Source: Octopus sinensis (lineage: Eukaryota). Taken from it: a stretch of 64,000 bases of DNA. The notes under the pieces were generated by a model. That model made no database searches, was not told the origin of the DNA, and saw only the letters and a program-made list of their open reading frames with translations. Where the stretch lies: contig NC_042998.1 in NCBI RefSeq assembly GCF_006345805.1, forward strand, positions 89,590,001 through 89,654,000, given 5' to 3'. Numbering within the stretch: position 1 is the stretch's first letter; each line of letters opens with the position of its first letter. A program made the position numbers and the translations under genes. Below, piece after piece: positions 27,705 through 39,537 of this stretch.

Positions 27705-28365
27705 CGGTAGGCTGCATCAGTTCCCGGCTATTATGCCTAGAGTACAGACGTGTAGTGCGCACCCATCAGATTTTCGTTTTCACGCAAGATAATCGAACAC
27801 ATCGAGCAGAGACCATAAACTCATGTTTCATCGTCATCAGTGGTGATGGCCTTCATGAAGTCTGGGTCATGGTTTGCACAGTCCAACGTGTCGTGAGCGT
27901 AGTTGCTTTTGCTGCTCCGCCAGCACTCTCGGGAAGAATTTCGCTGACACTCTCGGCATGCGCTAATACTCCGTTACAATGGTTTACACTGATCTTGTGC
28001 TTATTCCCACTTCGTGAGCGATTTCCTTAATTATTACACGAAAGTCTTCTATGACTATTCACTTAACCTTCTCGGCTTCTCCTTTCGACTTGTGGATGAC
28101 CTGTCTGAGCGTACGTCACTCTCCACTGAGTTGTGGTCATGTTTGAAGCAATTTTATTACTCCTTAATCTGAATTTTGCCCATAGTATCATTGCCAAAGG
28201 TCTGCTGAATCTTCTGGCTGGCTTGAACTGGAGTATCTCCAAGCTTTTGGCAAAACTTGATGCAATAACTCTGCTCGATGCGTTCGGCGAAAACAAAAAT
28301 CTGACGAGTGCGCACTACACGTCTGTACTCTAGGAGTAACAGCCGAGAACTGATATGGCTTACCG
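27705..28365 (-). mobile_element. Internally deleted mariner element with an inverted duplication of its 5' end
   Basis: TA|CGGTAGGCTGCATCAGTTCCCGGC... is inverted at 28365, with arms of about 100 bp. The minus strand reads ERIEQSYCIKFCQKLGDTPVQASQKIQQTFGNDTMGKIQIKE...RVSAKFFPRVL...DPDFMKAITT..DET*VYG. Confidence 0.9.
27812..28288 (-). pseudogene. Mariner transposase N-terminal half (HTH region up to the first catalytic D)
   Basis: Mariner HTH motif, a WVP-region equivalent (SAKFFPRVL) and a TGDETWV equivalent. It contains stops and frameshifts, and the ATG is lost. Confidence 0.85.
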
Positions 28366-29266
28366 GCGCGAAAATTTTCATATATATTTATGTTTGCACA
28401 GAAAAAAACTAAAGGAGATGTTTCTGATATGTTTCATGGCTGGACAGTCATTTTTCAGAGAACAAGTACTCATTTTTCTGCTTAAGAAGGGAACTGAAAA
28501 ACATTCACTATATAAATTACACGCAAACCTGAGTCTTTCTGAAATGGCTAACTTGCTTGTTTATCTTTGTTGGGGGCGTGATTAAATAATAAATATTTTA
28601 TGCGCCAAAATCGAAGATATATTTAATGTAAATAGTTTATAGTTTATAACGAATACGCTGTGTGCGAAAAGATAACAAAATGTGTATACGCTTGTTTACT
28701 TTCTACTGTGAAGATGTTATCAAGTGTAAATTAACTACATTAAATTTTACTTAGGTTTTCTAATAAGTGCTATCTCTGCATAAAATATTAATTAATAATT
28801 TTATCACATCGCCTACAAATGCACGATACGCAAATTTGCTTAACCAGTTAAGCAAGGTCATTGTTTGATTTTATTTAAATATTGTTCTTCAGTTCTTACC
28901 ATACATAGGAGAACGAGGGCTACTTAGTCTCTAAAGAGTAACTAACCAGTCATGAAAGATGTCAAGATAATCTCCTTTATTTTTCTGTGTGTAAGAAGGG
29001 GAAACTTGATAGTGTAAGTGTTGTTGCAAGCCATCAACATTATTGTCTAGCACAAACTGCCTGTGCATTATGTGTGTGAGCAATAGTAATCTCCACTTCT
29101 TGGCCCATAAATCTGAATTTGAAGGTTCCGATTGTTCTTAAGATCTGAACGATTGTTTTAACGAATTAACAGAAAGTTTCGATTTAAGAAGCTTAAACTT
29201 CTGTTAAAAAGTGAACCAATACACCAACATTTACTAATACACACTCAAGCAGGAAGAAAGACAGAA

Positions 29267-29267
29267 T

Positions 29268-29336
<69 letters not shown>
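29267..29336. repeat. (AGAT)n microsatellite
   Basis: Directly visible. Confidence 0.95.
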
Positions 29337-29689
29337 CTGGATAGATGGATAGATTTGTGTGCATGTGTGTGAGTGTGAATGGGCATCATTAAAAAGTAAG
29401 AGTTTTGTGGTAACCGGTGCTTAATTCTAGTTCAATGACCTTGAGGGCGAAGACAAGCTAAGATTCACTCATGCTGACTCTACAAAAGTAAAGGGGAGAA
29501 ACTAAGAGTGATCCAAACCTGTTGTCTCGAATCTAAAACCACCGTGGATGTAACGAAGGAAAATTTTAAGCTGACCTGCTACTTATCTACGAGAGAATAC
29601 AGTGTTCTGCATATAAACAACTGCAAAGTAACTGAATTGGTAATTTGGAACCAATCTCATTACCATAATCCACTCGGTAATTTTGTGCT

Positions 29690-29882
<193 letters not shown>

Positions 29883-29883
29883 A

Positions 29884-30045
29884 GGTGCAGGAGTGGCTGT
29901 CTGGTAAGTAGCTTGCTAACCAACCACATGGTTCCGGGTTCAGTCCCACTGCGTGGCATCTTGGGCAAGTGTCTTCTGCTATAGCCCCGGGCCGACCAAT
30001 GCCTCGTGAGTTGATTTGGTAGACGGAAACTGAAAGAAGCCTGTC

Positions 30046-30090
<45 letters not shown>

Positions 30091-30269
30091 CAACAATTGA
30101 GGGTAAAATTAATTAATTATTAATCAATTTCACCAAGTATTCAGTATGTAAAGGGACCATTTTAGGCGAATTCAAAATATTACATTATATATAAGGGCTT
30201 AGTAAAATAAATTACTTTGCCACATACTGAGTTCAGTATGAGGCAAAGTAATTTATTTTACTAAGCCCT

Positions 30270-30331
<62 letters not shown>

Positions 30332-30560
30332 TATATATATGTGCGTGTGTTTGTGTGTCTGTGTTTGTCCCCCTAGCATTGCTTGACAACCGATGCTGGT
30401 GTGTTTACTTCCCCGTCACTTAGGGGTTCGGCAAAAGAGACCGATAGAATAAGTACTGGGCTTACAAAGAATAAGTCCCGGGGTCGATTTCCTCGACTAT
30501 AGGCGGTGCTCCAGCATGGCCGCTGTCATATGACTGAAACAAGTAAAAGAGTAAAAGAGA
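29884..30560 (+). mobile_element. Family-B CORE-type tRNA-SINE (OR2-like), interrupted in its internal (TA)n tract
   Basis: Head GGTGCAGGAGTGGCTGTCTGGTAAG...GGCATCTTGGGCAAGTGTCTT (29884-30047) and tail ...GGCCGCTGTCATATGACTGAAACAAGTAAAAGAG (30340-30560). Confidence 0.9.
30184..30279. repeat. 96-bp near-perfect palindrome
   Basis: ATTATATATAAGGGCTTAGTAAAATAAATTACTTTGCCACATACTGA-GT-TCAGTATGAGGCAAAGTAATTTATTTTACTAAGCCCTTATATATAAT: 47-bp arms, one mismatch, 2-nt centre. Confidence 0.95.
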
Positions 30561-30569
30561 ATATATATA

Positions 30570-31190
30570 TATGTACTTCAGATTTATAGAAAAACAAAAG
30601 ACAAAGACAAGTGTAGGAACAACAAACATGTGTATTAGTTTGACGCTCGGAAAAATGGAAAAGTCTTTTACATTTCGAGGAATAAGAGGAAATAAATAGA
30701 GAAAGAATGAAAAAAAACGTGTGAACATGCTGAAAAAAAAAGAGAAAAGAAAAACAAGAAAGGTTAAAAAAGAGAGAATGGCAAAGTATTAACGTACGGA
30801 GTTTAAAAGTTCAGAAAGTTCACAAAGTTCAAAAGTCGTGGTAGATTAGAGCGATTTACATAAACGAAAATATCCAGTGAAACCCGTGATAGTTCAAAAG
30901 AGTACGAAGATTCAGTGGTAATCCGGGTGGAGTGCTGGTATGTGGATGAAGAGAAGTGCTATGAGGTCGGGAAGTGGTTAAGATATGCAAGTCCAAAAGA
31001 GTAGGAAGTTCAGTCAGGATCAAACTGGAGTAACCACGTGAGCGTATAATATATAGTTCAAATTTATAGAATAACAAAAGACGAAGACAGGTGTAAGAAC
31101 AACAAAGAAGTGTATTAGTTTGACATTCGGCAAAAACGGAAAAGTCTTTTACGTTTCGAGCTTACGCTCTTCGACAGAAAGAAATAAGAG
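30570..31190 (-). mobile_element. Penelope-like (PLE) or retrozyme-like unit: two 110-bp direct repeats 481 bp apart
   Basis: 30570-30679 is repeated at 31051-31160 (GATTTATAGAAAAACAAAAGAC...GTGTATTAGTTTGAC...GGAAAAGTCTTTTAC.TTTCGAG). The right copy carries a hammerhead, and the unit ends in (TA)n. Confidence 0.65.
31145..31182 (-). ncRNA. Minimal type-I hammerhead ribozyme, variant core CUGUCGA
   Basis: Minus strand: UCUUU (stem I) CUGUCGA A GAGC-GUAA-GCUC (stem II, GNRA loop) GAAA CG UA, cleavage site, AAAGA (stem I partner). Stem III is the palindrome ACGU. Confidence 0.7.
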
Positions 31191-31193
31191 AAA

Positions 31194-31194
<1 letters not shown>

Positions 31195-31250
<56 letters not shown>

Positions 31251-31285
31251 TGCGTGCGTGTGCGTGCGTGTGTGTGTGCGTGTTC
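31195..31285. repeat. (TG)n microsatellite
   Basis: Directly visible. Confidence 0.95.
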
Positions 31286-31754
31286 GGGTGCATATGTGCT
31301 GTGTATATTCGAATGTTTTCTCTTTTCATAGGTATAGGAATTCGTGTGCGTGGATACTAATTCTTGTTAGGGTTGATTTATTGACTTTGACAATAAACCT
31401 ATAAAATACTAGTATGTATTTCTCGTAGTTTAAAATTCTAAGCATGTGTTTAATTGATATGATAAACGTGTTCATTGTTGTGTGGCGTCGGAAATCAAAA
31501 GAGTGTGACTATCTGCTATCAACCCCGAAACTGCTGCTTTGAGGTTTTAATGAAGGTGAAGAAATATTATAGCAATATAAAAACAATAAATCTAGGAGAG
31601 CGAGGGAAAAAAAATAATATAAAAAAGGGGGAAAAAAAGGGAGTAAACATTCTCATTTTTACATAAAGTCATTCATACACATACACACATCTATACAAAT
31701 TTCATTGTACAGATGTTATCATAAGCATTAAAAAGGAGCAAACTAAATGGATTT

Positions 31755-32075
31755 CCATCGGTTTCGACGATGAAAATTTAGTCGTTCGGTCAACTGAACT
31801 AATTGCGCGTTAATGGTTGAGTATTTCATAGTTATGTATATCCTTAATATAATCCTTAAGTAGAATTAGCGTGACACTGTGGGGGGAGGTGCAGAAAAAA
31901 GACAAGTCCGTACCTTTGAATTACAGGTACAATGTACTCTATGGGTCTCTACATAATTACCGTCTTCCTAATTTTATAAGGTTTATATAGGTCGACTCGA
32001 GGTTACGGTAAATGAGACATACCCAAGATGTCATGTAAAGGGATCGAAACTTGGACCACGTGGTTTTTGAGCTAA
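31755..32075 (-). mobile_element. Old SINE with a B-like head and a C-like tail
   Basis: The reverse complement shows AACCACGTGG...CATCTTGGGTATGTCT, TGTACCTGTAATTCAAAGG, GTGTCACGCT and GTTCAGTTGACCG...CATCGTCGAAACCGATGGA, alignable to the 26234 and 29884 SINEs. Confidence 0.55.
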
Positions 32076-32332
32076 TTTCATTATAAGTCTATTCATCGTC
32101 CTTACATGTGTACTGGCTTAAACGAGAACATAATTACACACACGTGCGTCAAAAACACTCAGGAACACAGTATAAAACATGATATGCGGAGATTTTTGCA
32201 TATCATGTAGGTATGACCGATAAGTATATATATTTCCAATAAATTTAATGTAGGATAACATTTTTTTTCGAAAACACAAAAAAAAATTTATCAATGGCTT
32301 CCAATATATATATATATATATATATATACGTA

Positions 32333-33593
32333 CAGGGTGAGGGCGGCATTTGGGGACACATGCATTTTTAGTCATTATTTTAATTTCCTAATTTTTATTG
32401 AACTTCTCTTTCAGAAAATAACAATGACAGACCTTATGCTTACTAATGAAATGAAAAGGCATGCTGTGATTGTGGCTTTGAAGGCTAAGCATGGTGATTT
32501 AGAAATTTCTTGTTTTCTGGAAGTTGCAAAATCTTTTGTCCACAAGATTCAGTGTGATTAGAGAAAGAAGATGGAAGCGTATTACCTGTATAAAAATTCA
32601 AAGCAAAACACATTTCAAACGTTCTGTTTCTATCAAGCCACCTGAATTTATTTAGGATGTTAAGCAAAACATTGAAGACAATCCAGGAAAATCAATGAGG
32701 TCAATTGCAAAAAAATTTCGTGTGTCAGAAAATGCAATCAGAAATGCTGTGCATGAAGACATCAGATACAAATCTGACGTGATGAGGAGAGGTCAATTCA
32801 TGTCAGAAAAAAAGAAAAGAAAACCGTTTAATCAGACCCAAAAGACTTTTGAACAAACATCCGAAGATGGGATGATTTGGTTTTTCTCAGATGTGAAAAA
32901 CTTTGACCAAGGCTAGAAAACTAACAGAAGAAGTGACAGGTAGCTATGTGCAGACACGTCTGGGGTTCCAAGAGTACTGCACACAAAATTTCCTGCAAGT
33001 GTAATGGTTTTGGGTGTTGTTAGCAATGAAGGACATGTGATGCCTCCTCACTTTTTTCCACAAGGCCTTAGGGTGAATAATGTTGCGTATATTGCGGTTC
33101 TGGATTAAGTTGTTAAGCCTTGGATCAACAGTATATGCAATGGAAGGCCTTATGTCTTTCAACAAGATTCTGCACCATCACACAAGGTTCAAATGACACA
33201 AGAATGGATGATTGACAATTTGCCTGATCACATCACCCCTAACATTTGGCTTCCTAATTCTCCAGATCTCAATCCACTTGACTACTATGGATGGATCATC
33301 GTTGAGAAAAATGTCAATGAACACTCCCATAGCACCAAAGATTCTTTGAAAGCCGCCATAGTTCGAGTCATATCCGATATGTACAAGGACCACTTAATCC
33401 AAGCTTCTAAACGATTTCGAACCCGCAGAGAGGCAGTGATTGATACTTATGCTGGTTTTACTGAATGAAATTATTAAATTGAAATTTAGCTTTAGGTTTA
33501 TGTTATTTTTATAAAAATACAGCTTTTTCCCTGTTATTATATAAGTGTTTTTTTTTAACCATAAATCTGTCCTCAAATACCATCCATACCCTG
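32333..33593 (+). mobile_element. Full-length Tc1/mariner-superfamily DD37D (maT-type) transposon, inactive
   Basis: TA|CAGGGTGAGGGCGGCATTTGGGGACA is inverted at TGTCCTCAAATACCATCCATACCCTG|TG. The element is 1261 bp long. Confidence 0.9.
32424..33468 (+). pseudogene. DD37D transposase pseudogene
   Basis: Reads MTDLMLTNEMKRHAVIVALKAK...NPGKSMRSIAKKF...WFFSDVKNF...SVMVLGVVS...FQQDSAPSH...WLPNSPDLNPLDYY, with 37 residues between the second and third D. Multiple stops and frameshifts. Confidence 0.92.
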
Positions 33594-33614
33594 TGTATAT
33601 ATATAGAGAGAGAG

Positions 33615-34333
33615 TCAAAAAGACAAGTGGATCGAGGGTACCTAAATAGTGGAGGTATGAGACAAGCCATGCGCGAGGAACAGAGATTTAATAACGATAG
33701 AAAAGATAGAGTGCATAGATAGGATTCCTGTAAGCTAGATGCTAGAGTATGTCTGTATGTATTTACTGCTTATCAGTCCAATGTCTTTCTCTAAATAGGA
33801 TGTCTGTACGCGTAGCAGTAGCACCTTTCTACAAATAGCAGTAGTATGTCATTGATATCAATTGAGCCATGTAGAATATCAGTGATTGTTGGGGCCGAAA
33901 TATTTTCTGACCTTAAGGAGAAGGGTCAGTGTTTGACTTCCACTTGTAGCAAAGTTAAATATATATTTCTATCTTGAGAGATCGTCGGACGACAGTAAAA
34001 TCCAGTATTTGGAGCAACTGGTGTTTTCTTGGCATTAGTAGTGCTGAGAGATAACATTGTTCATGAGATGTCATCAAGTTTTCTGTTCTCAGAGTCAATG
34101 GAAATTTGGTGTGTGATTTTCTAGACTGCTTGAGGATGTTGCATGATTGAGGAAAGTTAAGATAGAATGAAGTGCTGTATCATTTGCAGAAGAGTGGACG
34201 TTGTTGAATGTAGCATTATGTCATTTATATACAGAAAGGAAAGACTGGGAGGTAAAACCCTGGGTAAATCATGGTTGATTGAAAGTGCGACAGAAATGTT
34301 TTGTCAACACATATCACTATTGTGCGATCCAAG
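33615..34333 (-). pseudogene. CR1/Zenon-like LINE reverse-transcriptase C-terminal fragment
   Basis: With frameshifts: SINHDLP(Q)G.VLPPSLSFLYINDI...ANDTALHS...KVRKYF...LIFYMAQL...YYCYL...LAYR...LYLFYRY. It may continue, very decayed, at about 35130-35640. Confidence 0.7.
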
Positions 34334-34359
34334 TAATGATAATAATAATAATAATAATA

Positions 34360-34408
<49 letters not shown>

Positions 34409-34409
<1 letters not shown>

Positions 34410-34970
34410 GCAGTACCAGGCAGTGGCTCTCATGGCTTCTGATCTTAACTGATTGGAAGTGTTATCATGTACATTGTTTTGTCTTGGTATAAAAGATGGG
34501 CTACAGCAAATATTCTGCTCAATACCACAGATTTGCTTGTCAGTTGTTTGACCTTAACCAGTTGAGCATGTCCCTTGGTGGCTGACGATATGTGCATCTC
34601 TGATCACGAGCAGAAGTAGTGGGGGAGCATCATAGCCATGTGTTGAGAGGGATTCTTTGGGGTTTGAATAGTTCACCTCTGGAAACATGGGTGGTTCTTT
34701 CAACATCCTTAAACAACCCTTATTCAGGGACCGTTTGAGCGGGATGGGCTACTCAACCTGAAGAAAATTCTAACTGGGCCCCACTTGCAAGGTCATGTGC
34801 TGTTTATCTTGATATGAGATCACCATGTCGCGCACATATGGTTGTGATGCATGTGCCTGGTGTACCTTTATCAGACGGGTAGTCATGATGGGTATATTGG
34901 GCTTCGTATATTTTACCCCAGTGTCACTTTGATGGCATGAACTGCTCTCTCACTCAATAATAATAATAAT
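34409..34970 (+). mobile_element. Family-D retroelement 3' segment flanked by (AAT)n on both sides
   Basis: About 545 bp of non-coding sequence ending CTCTCTCACTC(AAT)n and preceded by (AAT)n at 34334-34408. A near-identical second copy lies at 57993-58331. Confidence 0.8.
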
Positions 34971-35979
34971 ATACTCCCAGTCATTTTGTGGAGCACTCCG
35001 CTTTCATAATTTTGATTGGTGAGTGAATGCAATCGATTAAATCATACCCAGTGCACAACTACTCCTAATTTCAACGATTCTAAAAGATAAAGGTTAAAAT
35101 GGACATTTATAATATCAATATGATATTCCTTTTAAAATAAACTAAAGTCTTGCCGTGGTGAATCATGATAATTTGTTCAAAAAATTTTTCGTTGAAAGTT
35201 ATTACAACTAGTCTTATCATATTAACCATAAGGAACAAGCTGTTGGGATTGTAAACGTTAAATATGTTCTAATGAATAAGTAAACGAAGAGTTAAAATTA
35301 AGTTACAATTATTGGAGATAGCGAAAATGGGGACTGCAGATAAGAGGTTAATTTTGATGATAGTATGATAGTGGATTCAGAGATTTAGTTACACATTAAC
35401 AACCAAGTAGGAGTTTCTATGTTGTTATATTAGTGAGCTTGTATTGTAAATGGAGACATTAAATCTGAAACTGATGATGATTGTTGGATTGGAGACAAGA
35501 TAGTTAATTAGTTTTGTGTCATGGTAGTGTTTAAGGAGTTGCTAGTGAAGATGACAGAAGAATAATGGTTACAGGGATATGTTGTTACTGAAAATCGTCA
35601 AAGATTAAATTCTAATCAAATCATTTCCTTTACCCTATGTGTTATATTTTACATACGTATTTCTACTTTTCCATTATCGTATAATTGTTAAAACTGCCTA
35701 GTATGGGATATATCATATTAGAGTTGATTACTAGCTGCCTGAGTTGTTTCTTATAATGTTATCATCCCACCATCAATAATAATTGTACCTGTTTTTGTAA
35801 ACTCTTTTCTCCATTATATCGCTATTCTTTTTCTACAGAAAAAAATTAAATGGAATACGTTAAGCAAACAAGATGTTAAGAACAATATATGAATCATGTG
35901 GAGAGAGCAGCAAAATAGGCTTATAGGTTTTAAGGTTTAATTCAATATTTACAATGTTCGAAGAGTATTTACGATATTT

Positions 35980-36213
35980 ATTTCATTATGGTCCACAGGG
36001 GGATAAACATAGAGGGGACAAACAAGGACAGACAAAGGGATTAAGCAGATTACATCGACCACAAGGTATAACTGGTACTTATTTAATCTACCCAGAAAAG
36101 ATAAAAGGCAAAGTCGACCTCGGCGGAATTTGAACTCAAAACGAAATATCGGCAGACGATGTACCACTAAGCATTTCGCCCGACGTGCAAACGATTCTGC
36201 CAGCTCACCGCCC
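35980..36213 (-). mobile_element. Family-A SINE monomer (long tail)
   Basis: Tail GAGGGGACAAACAAGGACAGACAAA, core GGCAAAGTCGACCTCGGCGGAATTTGAACTC, head CTGCCAGCTCACCGCC. Confidence 0.9.
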
Positions 36214-36394
36214 TAGAGAAGAATATCGCTTTCTGACTATTAACAAGTTAATGCTAATTGTTAAACGTCATTGGGCTTTTCTTGAAACATTCAGAGTTTA
36301 TTTTTATTTGTGGATAATTTATTGACTTTGTATTTATTTTTTTTTAAAGTGTTCTGTCTACAAACGCCCTCTCCTAAAAAGTTAACTTCCTCCA

Positions 36395-36660
36395 GTTCTC
36401 CTGCCTGATACCTTGGGCAAGAGTCTTCTATTGTAGCCTTGAGCCGACCAATACTTTGTGAGTGAATTTTAATTTAGTAGGCAGAGGTATATGGAAGCTC
36501 ATTGTATATATATATATATATATTATATATATATATATATATATATGCGCGTGTATGTGTGTTTATATCTGTCTCGCACCGTTTGGCAACTGGCGTTCCT
36601 AATGAAGAACCGATAGAATAAATAGCAGACGTAAAATAAGTACTGAGGTTGGCTTGATCG
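36395..36660 (+). mobile_element. Degenerate family-B SINE
   Basis: ACCTTGGGCAAGAGTCTTCTATTGTAGCC...GCCGACCAA...GTGAGTG, a (TA)n tract, and ACCGATAGAATA. Confidence 0.65.
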
Positions 36661-37949
36661 AGAAATCCAACAAAGCAGTGCATGATCAAAGCAGATTAAA
36701 AAGTACTCCTATGATCAAAACAGATAAAAGGAGTACTCCGTTCTACAATTCAGAATGAATAATTCGCAACGAGTGCTGTTAGCATTTCAAAATTGGTCGG
36801 ATGCTTCGTTATAATGTTGTGCTGGGTTAAAGTAACCCGCTATACGCAAACTGATGGCATAAGCTTTCTTTTGACTTACACAATGTGAAAGTTTTTCAGC
36901 TGCTTGACACATAAAAACTGGGATAATCCCCCAAACATCCCGATAAGATTCATAAACTGTGGTATACATAGTTCTATATTCTTTAAAGTTTCATGTCATG
37001 TCTGCGAACGTCTGATGATGTGGACGTGTTCTAAATCCACTAAACTTTACATTTGTATGGAGCCGACCCAAACCTTTATTAAATGCACGTAATTCCAATG
37101 AAATTGCAATAATGCTACTTCCTTTCGTTTATTTCCTCTCTCAGATACATATATATCGCTTTTTTCTACAGAAAAATATATACAGGTATAAATACATGTA
37201 TGCATTTTCTCTCCCTTCACCTCCTCATTTTCTTTCTCTCTCGTTTTTCTGATGTCACAGTCTACCGGTTTTTGAAAGAAAATAAAAGAACTTACTAAAT
37301 AATGTAGCCTGCAATGACCTATGTCTATAAAAAGATGATGATCACAAATAGAATACCTTTGAATACAGTTTTCTCTATAAACACTGACTTGAGGACAGTA
37401 ACGTTCGTAGGAACGGAAGATTACCGGACTAATATGGTTTTAGAACTTTGCTACATCTCTACATAAAGCTTCCACATCTACCCCCAGTGCCTCCATAAAA
37501 AGATGGTATAAATAACGAGGTAGATTCAATTGATCTTACTCTCCGTCTACAGTCTGTAGCCTTTATCATTACAAATTCTCAGTCGTTAGCTAAGCTGAAT
37601 GGTTGCGCAGCAGGTTAAATGATTAAATGACTAACACTAATTGGTTTCGTTCTTGAGTTCTGATCATTCTGTGAGTGGCTTTGCTTTTCAACTAAATCAT
37701 TTGATGTATTATGAAAGGTATCAATCTAATCAGTTATAGAGGTTTGTAACTCATTATAAACATGTTCATATTTTGCAAATAGAAGAAGTCATCACTTCAA
37801 TTTTTTTACTAAATGCCAAAACAAGAGAAGTAAGTTATCATCGGGTCTAGATTAAAATTTGGTTTTAATTTTCGGTCAACCCAAGTTGACTTCATATACG
37901 CGGTTAGTTTGGAAAGGATGATTGTCATATTGCATGTGTTTTGCTTCCC

Positions 37950-38065
37950 TTAAAATGAATAGTACTGATACCTAGTCGAAAGGGATCATTACGAATATCT
38001 TTATACGCAGATGACATAGTAAATTCACTAGTGGAAACAGTTCTTAATGTGGCTTAGTTTCGATT
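37950..38065 (+). pseudogene. L1/Tx1-like RT fragment around the YADD motif
   Basis: IVLIPSRKGSLRISLYADDIVN; TAC-GCA-GAT-GAC at 38004-38015. Confidence 0.45.
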
Positions 38066-39121
38066 CCCAGTTAAAGAAATTTCATTTCGTTTATAATAAC
38101 TTTTACGAAAGCATGAAAGTGAAATTTTAACATGTTTTTCACCTTTTGTATCCAGAGATAGCATGTTGTCCCAAACTCAATAAACCATGAGAAAAATGTT
38201 GTTTTAACACATCATTGATATATTTTAAAGATTTTAACTTCGAAAGAAATTAGTTGTAACTAAATAGATTCTACCATTCAACCGTTTCTGCTATTCTACT
38301 GACGTGTTAATAAAAGGATATTAGAAGTTCTTCAACCATAACGATAAGGTGATTTGAATAGGAGGATCTAAATATCAGCGCTTTAGGATCTTCAACCGGT
38401 TAAAAGTAGTAACCAAATCTACCTAAACACACGACCTGAGGTCTTAGAAAAAGGCACATTAGATAAGATGATTTTGGTTTTCTTGCACATAGTAAAAGAA
38501 AGGATGGTCACAGTTGGAATCCCTTTAATAATAGTTTTGCGCGTTCATAGCTCCTCTGATGATAAGCAATACCAACTAGTATAGTCCTTACCTTTCGGTT
38601 CATAAATATATATATATGCACTACTTTGACACTGTTTATTAAAGTGGAAAGTGGAAAGGTCTGACATAGCTTTTCCTCAAACCAAGTGTAACGGTTTTTC
38701 TTTATTACACCGGACATTAACCAAAAATTCAAATCACTTTAAAAGCGTATTTTGATATGTGTGTGTATGAGTCTATGAAATTATATGATCAGGATATTGT
38801 GCGTGCGCGACTTTGTTCACGCATTTGTTACTACGCTTATTTTGGTCCTCTATCAAATTACCGACATACATTTCGTGACTGCAGATAAAATATTTATGAG
38901 GTTTGTCTCTCACCAGGAATCAGCTAAGATCGATTAACATGTATATACGAATAAAAATTGTTCATATCTTAGACCTAAACCAAAAACTTTTTGCAGAGAT
39001 GAATATAGTACAAAGAAGGGGAATTGTTCAACTGCGAACGCAACTTGCATCAGACGTGTTTGCTGTAAGATTAGGCAGTAGTCACAATATATTATAGAGG
39101 ATGGTAAAGTATTAAGGTATT

Positions 39122-39537
39122 TATTTCTTTATTGCTCACAGGGGGCAAACATTGAGGGAACAAAAAAGGACAGGCAAACGGATTAATTCAATTACATCGA
39201 CCCCAGCGCGTAACTGGTACTTATTTAATCGACCCCGAAAGGATGAAAGGCAAAGTCGACCTCGGCGGAATTTGAACTCAGAACATAACGGCAGACAAAA
39301 TACCTATTTCTTTACTACCCACAAGGGGCTAAACACAGAGAGGAAAAAACAAAGACAGACAAACGAATTAAGTCGATTATATCGACCCCAGTGCGTAACT
39401 GGTACTTAATTTATCGACCCCGAAAGGATGAAAGGCAAAGTCGACCTCGGCGGAATTTGAACTCAGAACGTAACAGCAGACAAAATACCGCTAAGCATTT
39501 CGCCCGGCGTGCTAACGTTTCTGCCAGATCGCCACCC
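39122..39537 (-). mobile_element. Family-A SINE dimer
   Basis: Two 184-bp units joined at the same AAATAG|GTATTT junction, with the head at 39537. Confidence 0.92.

Noticed and set aside
38990-39070. DEYSTKKGNCSTANATCIRRVC, an EGF-like exon
   Set aside because: Cysteine pattern is incomplete and splice phases are not the 1-1 typical of EGF modules.
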